The notes under the pieces were generated by a model. The model was not told where the DNA came from, made no database searches, and saw nothing but the letters and a program-made list of their open reading frames with translations. Position numbers and translations under genes: made by a program. DNA of 64,000 nt from Tubiluchus corallicola (Eukaryota > Animalia > Priapulida), in NCBI GenBank assembly GCA_030141605.1, contig JAQGDQ010000081.1, positions 637,945 to 701,944 on the forward strand, written 5' to 3'. This document shows positions 12,842 to 23,900 of the stretch, piece by piece (the stretch's first letter is position 1; the number at the start of each line of letters is the position of its first letter).

Positions 12842-15800
12842 CATACCAAATTAATGGGTATTGAATTTGCCCCGATCAACATTCCAGTAGAGAGGCGACT
12901 CCAGACTGCCGTCATCTTGCACTGGGTCATCTGCTTCTTGTTTCTTGGTTATGGCAGCATCTTGTTCAGCATATACCTGTTCTTTTTCACTGATTACTGG
13001 TGGATACCCGTGCTGTATGGGGTGTGGTTCTATATTGACAAGGACACGTGTCATCAGGGTGGTAGACGCAGTGACTGGGTGCGACGATGGCGAATGTGGG
13101 AGATATACAGGGACTACTTTCCCATTAGTTTGGTTAAAACTGCTGATTTAGACCCTGAGAAGAATTACATTTTTGGTTACCACCCGCATGGAATCATGGG
13201 AATCGGTTCATTTGCCAGTTTTGCTACAGAGGCAACGGGATTTAGTGAGAAGTTTCCGGGAGTTAAGCCATATTTATTGACGCTGACCGGTCTGTTCTGG
13301 TTTCCGTACATAAGGGACTACTTCATGACTACTGGTAAGAAAATCAAAGAAAGTCAAAAGTAAAAACGTACTTTAACCAAGAGTATTTATACATGCATAA
13401 TTGTTGTACACACGCTTGTTATTCTGTTTGTATAACAATAATAATAATGCTACAAACTAGAAATCAATTCCTTAACAGTTTAAGAAGTAGCAATATCGAC
13501 AAAGGAGTGGCTAAAGAGTGTTAACCAAGTCGGAGTTTTAACTCATGAGCTATTGTGTACAATGCTTTTTCTACCAGTGTGAATCTTGCTTAACTTGCAG
13601 CTCATGTTTGAAACTCATTACTAACTAGCTGAATGTCACTTAGATCTCTCAGAGTAATGGGGTAAAATTAAATTTTAGCATTTTTTCTTACAACAGCTTT
13701 TTAAAACAGTGGTACAGTATAACACTAGAGCTCCCAAGGTTAAGCAACAGAGGACAATGTTCAGTCTGAACCAGTCAGGGGCCTGGAATATTTGTTAAAC
13801 GAACAATGTGAAACATGTGTATCTCGCTTAACCGTTTCTGTAAAACATCTGAACAGTAAAGGTACAAACCTTGAAATATAATGGCTGCTTTTTTGTTTTT
13901 GGTCATTGGTTTGCTTGATATGAGTTGAAAGCTTTTGTTTTTTAATAGTCAGTGAAATGAAATGACTCGCGTTTCACAGGTTTTATTAATAGATTACTAT
14001 GGCAGGGTTATATGTGTATAAAATTTGTAACATTACATTAAACAAATACTCAAGATTTCATCCATCGGTGGCATCTGTTATTGCTGTGTTTGTTATTATT
14101 ATTATCAATATTTTATTGTCTATTATTATCGTCAATTGAATCATGTGTCCATGGACGTAATTCTGTTCATTGACTTTTTATGCCAGGACTCCCAACTTTC
14201 TTGGTCCATTACAGAGTGTAGGGAGTCCTGTAAGAGTGCCTATTATAAATATCTTTGATGAATTTAATTTCAAACTGAGAAAAATGATATACATTTTCTT
14301 ACAGCTGTTGATTTGCATTTGTTCTTGATAACACAGTCTTTCTTTCTTCAACAGGGGCATGCAGTGTGAGCAAAGAGAGCATCGAATGGATTCTGACAAA
14401 CGAAGGAAAGGGTAATGCTGCAGTCATTGTTGTTGGAGGGGCGGCAGAAGCACTGGAAGCCCATCCGGGGCATTTTGTAGTAAAGCTGAAATCGCGCAAG
14501 GGATTTGTAAAGATGGCACTGAAGCATGGGTAAGGTTTAATTACCTGTACCATTGCCAGAGTGTGCACTGTTGGTTGGAAAAATTAAGTTAGCTGGGTAA
14601 TTAAGTGGGTAAACAAAACTTCTGTAGTCTGTAACAGTTGTGTTATAAAACCAACTCGTGCACCATAGATAAATTTGGCTGAACATGATATTTTGAAATA
14701 CACATTTTTCATTGCACAACATTTAGCAGAAAATTTGTGGCAAATACAACAGGTCCGCCTCTTATCGTGCATTTGGGCAGTTTCAAAATTGTGGTAGCTC
14801 TGCTGCAGAGTGCAGGGTGCTCAACTATTAAATTGCCAATTGTATAAAAGGTGTCACTTATCTGGATTCAAACATTACTTCCTTTTTGCCTTGTATTGCA
14901 ATAGTTATTCTGAAAAAACATTACAATTATTTATTGCAGTGCATCGCTGGTTCCTGTGTTCTCGTTTGGAGAGAATGAGGTCTTCGATCAGGCTGATAAT
15001 CCAGTTGGTTCTAAAATAAGGGAAATCCAGGACAAGCTGACACACATTCTAGGCTTCTCACCACCTCTCTTTCATGGAAGAGGAGTGTTCAATTACACGA
15101 TTGGATTGCTGCCATTCCGGACCCCAATCCACACAGTTGGTAAGTATATTAATAACTATTAAATTTATGTTGGTCATAGGTTGTCCATTTTCCATTTTCT
15201 TTATTTGACTTGATACCTTTTAAAAATTACCTGATGCTGTCAGGAATCTTTGCAATTTTTTTTGTTTTCGAATGATCGAAAAAAGGTGGGACAGCTAGAC
15301 TGGTGTTTAATTTTTGCCCCAATTTCAAATACTTATCCAAAATAATCGTGAAATTGTTATTAACTCATCTTTCTGTCTGGTTTTAGTGATTAACTGGATA
15401 GAAACAAAGAACAATTGACTGAAATATGTGTGTAATTATTGCAGACTTTTTGCATTATGATATTTTACAGTGATTAATTTAGATTACATTAGTATGTAGT
15501 ATGTAAACAGATACATAGAATACTACATATTAAGGATAAAGACCTAGCTACGAAAGACTAGTACATGATGTAACACACCTGACTGTTTGAAGCTACAACA
15601 TGATTAGATCTTCTGTAATACTACCTATAGTATTAATAATAAATCATACCTAATGGGAGATGGGACAAATTTAAGTATCCTTTAGAAGAAGCCTATTAGA
15701 AATGGAATAATGAGATCATTAATTGGGCAATTAGGCAGAATGCCAAGTACTGCTTATCTACAGATTTATTCAAAAAATTGTATGTTCATTCATAAACCTG

Positions 15801-16189
15801 TATCCTGGGGCAGATCCAAGCAACCAGGGTAGGTACGTATAAACAGTGTGTCTCGACAGATACTTTTGAAAATTTACATAGCCCATCTGAAAACTACTAG
15901 AAATGTTTCAAAAAATTATGTGTTCATACCTTTGGAAATTCACTTGGCACTTTTTGAAATTTTTTGGTTTATGCTAAATATGTGTAATTTTGCCGAAGCT
16001 GTCCACTCACACTCATTTTTCATGTCATTTTTAGTTGGCAAACCAATTTCTGTTGACAAAGTAGAAGAGCCTGACGATAAAGTAGTTGAAGAATATCACG
16101 GAAAATACATTGATGCACTTACGGCTCTCTTTGACGAATACAAGTCAAAATATGGCTTTGCGGAAGATGTGACACTGAAGATCGTTTGA
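12842..16189 (+). CDS. MOGAT/DGAT2-like: DGAT2/MOGAT family acyltransferase (2-acylglycerol/diacylglycerol O-acyltransferase), 4 main exons
   Basis: Exons 12842-13334, 14355-14529, 14940-15139, 16035-16189 (TGA), all GT-AG with matching phases. Motifs: [15 protein letters not shown], hydrophobic hairpin, [20 protein letters not shown], catalytic [47 protein letters not shown]. An in-frame ATG at 12854 could be a stand-alone start. Confidence 0.95.
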
Positions 16190-16577
16190 TGCAATGACCT
16201 CTCACAAGGCAACTGTCAGGCTTCAAAGATTTAATATTCGAAAAATACTCGCACAGCTGGTAAGCTTAGTAGATGCAGAGACGGACATAAATGTTCATAA
16301 TTGGGTATGATGTTGTGCATGCACTTTTGTCAATAGAGGAGTAAAACACATACTGCAATAATAATGGGGAGAGAAGCAACTGTAACTTCTGTTATCATTA
16401 CATATAAATTAATATAATTTCTGTTAACATTGGTCATAATTCAGTGTCATTCAGTGTCTGTGTTGAAAAAATTTAAAAGATATTGGCTTTTCAAAAATCT
16501 TGTCTCTTTGCGGCTGTAAGTCTTCACCGTTACTCATTATTTCTTTGTAAGTTGTCTACTAACTCCGTATTACAATC

Positions 16578-16583
16578 AATAAA
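16578..16583 (+). terminator. Candidate polyadenylation signal of the DGAT2/MOGAT gene
   Basis: AATAAA about 390 nt after the stop, followed by GT-rich tgttgtatgtatgt. Confidence 0.5.
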
Positions 16584-17936
16584 CCTGTTAAAATGTTGTA
16601 TGTATGTATTTGCTCCTGTTTGAAAAAGATTATGCACAACAACAAAGTTCTTTCAATTTCATTGTCTTCCTTTAGATACGTTCGTACAACCTAGTTGCAC
16701 TTTCTAATAATCATGTAGCCTTTGCTAGAAAATGTGATGATATTATACTTCTGTTACATATCGGTGATATAGAGTTTATTTTGTAGTTTAATATGAGCTC
16801 GAGTAGCAAAAGTAATAATCGTTGCTTTCAATAAGAAAAAAGTCACTAAATATTTGTCTTTATTATATATTTAACATTCCATGTTACAATAATGTACTTT
16901 TTGATCAGATAGTTTACCAATAGTATAGATTTATTTTTGTACAAAAATACATCTTTCGTATTGAAAGCAATTTGTCATGCATTTTGAATTTTACACCAAT
17001 TGCTATATGAACAATGTATGTAGTATTGCTCAACCCATGTAATTTGAGCAATGCTCTTTTGTCAAGAATAATGTTGTAAATTGACTAGAAAATTAAACTT
17101 TGAGTAACAAAGTCTTTACGAATTAATATAAGTTTTTCAAAACAACAGACTGTTTGGCATTGTTTGATCATTTATAACAACATACAGTATCCCCATGACA
17201 TTAAACACTAGTTTGTATCACGGATGTTGGTTATAGACGACCTTCTTAGAATGTAAAAACAAAAGCTTTTTATGTTTGAACAGATCCTGTACAAGAATTG
17301 AATTCTGTATGTGAGAGTAACTTTTCTTAGCAGTATTTCAACATTCTGTCCTTCAAGCTCTTAGCAACAGTTTCATTACAAGAAATTTTCGTCCATTTTT
17401 CAAAAAATGAACTAATCATGTCAACCATGTCAATGGCACCTGTTCAGTTATAGCACTCATGCAGCTCGTGCAGTTCATCTCTGGGTAACGTATTTGCCAT
17501 CAATTAAGTGTAGCTTCGTACAGGACAAAAGTGAGATCTTGATGAGAAAGTGCACAGCGTGTAACAAAACAGTTACTGCTTGCTACTGCACTCTGCAAGT
17601 GCATCATTTTACTTTTTCTTTTGACAGGAATTTTCTTAATTCAGCTTTTATTTTATTTTTTCTCGACTTTCAGCCTGCAAGACTAACTCAGCTTGTTTGC
17701 ATAGCTGAAACGTATTTACATGACTAGAAGTTGCAAAAACTTTAGACTGTAAAAAAATAAAAACAAAGGAGAATACATGGCAGCATGATTTCCTCCCTTC
17801 TCCATATATAAAATTGCTTTCACGGGACTTTAGCTCGTGTAATATTGCAGTAGCCATTAGAAACCCATTAGCAGTACTCTGCTCTTCTTATTAGCACCAT
17901 AAGCATTAGCACAGTTTAATGAATTATGAAGTCTCT

Positions 17937-20900
17937 TCACACCGATGTCTCATGTGTTTCATTAAGTAACTGTTCAGAGTCAACCGGCACAACAGTTGAC
18001 TGTTGTGCCAAGCCATCGCCTTCATCATCTTCAGTCATTTCTGATATTGTTGTCATCACTCTTGGAAGGCTGGGTGATTGCGTCGAACTTTCTGACTTAC
18101 TTGCGTCCTCGTGTACTTTTTGAGTTGACCTGTCAGCATTTGGACTACTAGCTGCATCTGTTTTGCTTTTTGGAGCAGCTGCATCAGTGCTTTCTTCAGG
18201 TACTTCAGGGTCTATAGTTTTTGACTTTGTCAGTCGCAAGCGTCGTTTTTTGCTGGTATTTTTAGCGTCAGTGTCCATTTTTTTGTGAGGTACATCTTTC
18301 CTTGTAGACATTTCATCACTATCAGTATCACTTTCCTCTGAAACATGCTCTAAAATTGGCGAAGCTTTGCTCATTAGTGGGCTCTGTGAGGATGAAAGGT
18401 CATCATTCCTTGCCTGTCTGCTTTTTGGACTGCTGACTCTTCTTGTTGGGACGAATTTTGTTTCATCCATGGTCATCGCTTTCCCCACTCGTCCCAGTTT
18501 GTATTGTGCGCGCGTCATGGCTTTCCTTGCATCCGTATTTTCGCTGTCACTGTAGCAGCGATTGCGTTTTGCTTCCGGTGTGGTTGCTACACTGGAAACG
18601 GGTGTCCCAAGTTGAATAGATTGCATAGTAGAAAGACGTCTTGCTCGCAGATGGCGCTGCTGCATGTGATGACTCAGATCTTGGGAGTTGTCATCTTTGA
18701 AATGACGTGGCACCTTCTGGTGAAACTACAAAGATTATTTGTATTTGTGAAGAATTGCACGTAGACGGCAAGGTCACGAGAAAGTGGTGACAGAAACACC
18801 TTTTGGTATTGGCACACCATGTCCTAACTGGCTTTTCAAGATTTTGACCTAAATAGTTTTCACAAGTGATTTTGGTTAATGGCTTCACACCCCCGATTTT
18901 CACTTGAACAACTTTCATCTCACCTTTGATTTTGATTTAAATGGTTTTCACTTCTGATTTTCACTTAAACAGTTTTCCCCTCTGAACTAGATGTGAACAG
19001 TTTTCACCCCTGATTTACTCCGAATAGAGCACTATGCCTCTTTAATATGCTCCTTACATCAAAACATAATATTGTTGACTAATCTCTGCTTCAAGATTTT
19101 GCTCAACTTCAGAAACCTTGGTACACCAAATGGATGCAAGAATACATATATACTGTATACTCTGTACTTATATACGTGCTTTGTCAATCATGTGAGGAAA
19201 ACACACATGGAGAATAAAAAACTTTCTAGCTAACTCACTTAACAGTCTGTAGTTTTATCTCTAGTGCTCTAGTTTTTATATGATTCTTAGGAAGTAATAG
19301 TAACTTCAGAACAGTAACCAGTTTTCTATTATCGGACAACTTATTAGGTTTAGATGAACGAATTTAAAACAAGAGCTTCTTACAAGGCTTTTTGGACTTT
19401 TTACTACTTTTTGTTATTGCTTACCTGCTGAACTGGATTTTTGTTGAACAGCCGCCTCAATTCCCTCCCAGATTTGATAGTCGGTGACAAGGGACTCGTG
19501 GGCCGGTTGCTTTCCAATTCCAGATCGAAAGGCAGTGGATGCATTGGAACCGCTAGACTCAGTGCCCGAGGTTTGGTGCGATGGTAGGACGCTCGCTTCT
19601 GCACCGCTCTGTTCTGCACAGGCGATGCTGGCACAGAATTCACATCTTCGGCACTCAGTGTGTATGGATATAAGACTTCCTCGCATATAATTTGAGATCT
19701 GAAATGTACGTTGCAGGCAGTTTCAAGTCAAATGCCCCTAAACTTCGAAACTTGGAGGCTAACTGTACTTTTTAAGAGATTGATTCAGCTACTGATTGAT
19801 TCATTATTTTGTTCTGATTTTCGGTCAGTATTTATTTAGAAACATCATTGAGCAATGTATGGAATTCCAACAGCCCTTATTAATCAATTTTATTGATTTC
19901 AAGAAGGCTTTTGACTCTGTTCACAGGCAGTCTCTATGGAAAATTGCTTCTCTGTATGGTATCCCACAGAAATTCATTTCAACCATCCAGAACTTTTACC
20001 AAAACAGCGGCTGTTGTATAAGAACACAAGAGGGAAACACCGAGTATTTCACCATCGAAACTGGAGTTAAGCAGGGTTGCATTATGTCGCCATTCCTGTT
20101 CCTACTGACGATTGATTTCATCATGAACAAGGCGGTTGATGGTAAAGATCTAGGAATGCAATGGAAACAACAACAACGATTGGCAGATCTGGACTTTGCT
20201 GACGATATAGCTCTTCTGGAAACATCAAAAGAAAGCCTGCAACAACTGACCACAAGTATGGAAGAAGTAGCGGGAAAAATTGGATTGAGAATTAGTCAAG
20301 AAAAGACCAAAGTTTTGAAAGTGTGGACAAACCAACAGAATGATGTACATATAACAGTGGGAGGCCAAATGGTTAAGAACGTTACCAGTTTTTCATATTC
20401 GGGCAGTGTGATGACCTGTAATGGAGGTACAGAAAATGACATCAGGGGGAGAATTGGCAAAGCAACATCAGTATTTAGGAAGATGGGAAAAATCTGGACA
20501 AGCAAGAAAATTGACATGAAAATCAAACTTCGTCTGTACAACGCCATTGTGCTGCCAACGGCTCTCTATGCCAGCGAAACCTGGAAAGTCACAGCGGAGT
20601 TATCAAAGAAACTGAACGTCTTCCACCAAAAATGCCTTCGAAAGATACTAAAAATCTCCTACCGCGACCATGTCACCAATGTAGAAGTTCTTCAACGAGC
20701 GCAGTCATTGCGGTTACAAGATATAGTTACAGAGAGAAGAATGAAACTGGCTGGACATATTCTCCGTCTATCAGAAAGTCGCTACGCCAAAACAGCAGTA
20801 CAGTGGGAACCACCTGGTGGGAAACGAAAAAGAGGTCGGCCAAAAACAACGTGGCGCAGATCCTTCAAAGAAGACCTTCGAGCTGTCAACAGACGTTGGG

Positions 20901-23900
20901 AAAACGTAGAGAACGAAGCCGCCGATAGAACTCAGTGGAAAATGCTGTCTGCCCAATGTGCATCAATGCGCAGGAAGGACTAAGGTCCAAGGTAAGGTTT
21001 ATTTAACTACTAAAAAACTGCTTGTGTCTAGTATTTACCCCATGACTAATTCTTTCTCTTGTTGTTCCTCATACTTCTGAGCAGCCTTTGATCCACCAAG
21101 GTGTGCATAGTGTTGTCTGTAAAAAAACAATGTAGTTAGCAGTTATATGCCCTTTTCTTGCCCTATTGGTCTTGTCTTATTGGTAAATGGATGCCTACTT
21201 CTTGGTTGTCATTACATTCGTTTTTGCTTACCAGAGTGGTCTAAGTATTTGTGACTTGTGAAATGGCTACAATAAATTGTGTAGTGTGCCCTGTAATTTG
21301 CAGATATTTTGGCAAGATAATGGAGAAACTCGTTTATTGTCAAAGGTATTTTAAACAATGAAACTTAATGCTCCTTAAGGAGCTGGGAGTTTGCTAAACC
21401 TACTACTTGCTAAGAGCTCTTTGTCTCTTGCACAAGAAACAAAGTGGCTTTACCAATTGATCATGAATAATAGTATAATCTCATAGTTTTTCCATACAGA
21501 CTGGGCTCACTCAGTCCAGGTTGCAGCATCAACTGGGTTTATTTATCTGTCGAGCAAAAAAAAGTTTTTTGAAAATCTTTTGTACATTGAATGTGTAAAA
21601 ACTGTAAAGATTTCTGTTTCAAAACTGTATAAATTAATTAGGAAAGCTCACTCTAAAGCAATTTTATCATAGATGGCCATGATATGAGCATCCTTAGTTT
21701 CTCGCTCACGCTGCAACCAAACCTTGAGATATTTGTGATCGTAGTATGCAATAAACTCCTGAAACAATGGAAAATAATTGCTGTTAACAGAAGACACAAT
21801 AGCTAAAAAGGAGGACATAATAGAGATACAGGCCGGCTTTTTGACACGAAATTACTGTGAGCAAAAATTTATTTTGACTTTTATTTTGTACCTTCAACTT
21901 TGCCTTTTTTAAACCAAAAGCATATGAATTTCAAGGTTTTGTGCAGAAGTATCCATGTGCCATCGTTGTAGTTTTATCTGTTTTGATTACTTTTATAAAA
22001 GTTTTTTGACCTTTGATCCCAAAGTCAAAGGGCTTCCAGTTCCTGCTCAGTGCCAGACCTATTCCTGCGGCAAGACTCGTGATCATAACTTCATGAGTCG
22101 GTTTTGATTATTATATGCAAGCCGACATGCGTGACAATGTCTAAACTAGAGCTGTATACCGATTCCAACTATTTGTAATAACCTCTGACAAACACATAAT
22201 ACTACATATGTTTGATAATGCCAAGAACACAATGGCTTTCCTGCGCTTGATGACTTGATGTGGTAGTAAACATAATGTTACAACACTTTCACATGAATCC
22301 AGTACATCTGACAGATCCGACAAGGGTATGTGTAGAATAATTTATGCGCCACTATATAAGCACGTAACAGAAGATTCATTGCTATTGTCGCACACGGTAT
22401 TACACACAGTTCCGCATTCATTCCCCTAACCTAAAGTGTTTGGAATTATTTGTACGAAGGTTACTGGATACTAGCTAATATTGGCAGTATTTACGAAAAC
22501 GAATTATCTCGACGGACGCTTCCGCTACTGTTTACCAGATGAACTAGTTGAGTAGCGTCCTGTTGCAGATAACGACAAATCACTGGTCTTTCATTAATAT
22601 ACAAAACAAGCTGGTTTTAGGACTTGTGTTTAATGCAACCGCTAATGTGTAATTTATTACGCAAGAAGACTCCCTAGGCATGTGTCTTGACCAACAAGCA
22701 ACAGCAACAGCAGTGTGCCAATCAGCCATTACAACTGTCCAGTCGCTGCCAAATAATGTGAAAACACCCTTAACTTACTCGAAGGAAGTAGTTTCCGTGC
22801 TGTCCAATCACTTCTTCCACTCCAGCCATAACGTGGTCCACCACCTGAAAAATTTATCGAGTAGTCATGAAATGTAATCTAATTCCGCAAAGTAATTAAT
22901 TAATCAAAGCTCAGTAGAAGAGAAGTTAAGCTCGCCTAAAAAATTAACTTGAAAGCTGAAAGTGATGTTACACTAGAACTAAATAAAAGTTGGATTGATG
23001 AACATTTTGCCATAACCACACCAGGGATATGATTGCTTTTACTACAGAACTGAAAAATGTTTGGTTTGTCGGCTGTTTTTAGAAAATTGGCCATTTTCAG
23101 GGTTGACTTCCAATGTTTTTCCGAAGTTGCTGGAAAATGAAGAAGACAAATTGAAAATTGTTAATGCTTTAATTTTTTCAACTGTAGCATTTTGAATTGC
23201 TAAATGATGTTTAGACGAAATTGTTCAAAATGAAGTGATTGAATTAATCCAATTAGAGACTTACGGTCAACCAAAATTGTAAAAAGGTGTCATGTTGAAG
23301 AGATAAATGCACAAAATATATTGTGCACAGTTAAGCAATGTTCAGCGCGTCTAGTAACTAGCCTGTACTTACTGTGTCATTGAGCTCCTCTGCCATACTC
23401 AATTCCTTCTTAACCTTCTGCAGTCGAATCCTGAGTAATCGCACTAATGGTTTAATAGTGATGCCCTGGAGAAAGCAATCGTTCAAGTCATTGATTGATA
23501 AACTGATGGGTTTCCTTCCTATGGGCTGATGTTTATAAGCTAACTGGATACTGCACATTAATTATTATGCAGAATAAGCAAACGTGCACCTTGTACACCT
23601 GACATTTTCCACTAATAAGGTAAGCTTGCTGACGAAGTCATGTGAGCAACACCACCTATCTTATTCAGGGAGTGTAGGATAGAATGAAAATTTGCACTTG
23701 CATTTGGTTTCGATTGTTTATTTTCGTTAAATAATTTAATAAATTGGTCTCCATTTAGTCAACTAATTTACAATTACTCTGGCACACCGAATTTATTTCT
23801 TGAATGCATTCGAAACGACTGTCAGATAACATGCTCCTGAACTAGAATTATAAAAAAATGGGCCTATGTAGATAAATATGAAATGCGCAGTAATTGGTGA

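Noticed and set aside
19796-19838. N-terminal 14 codons of the 395-aa RT ORF
   Set aside because: They lie outside the TSD-defined element; this is host intron sequence that happens to be in frame, so the element is not autonomous.
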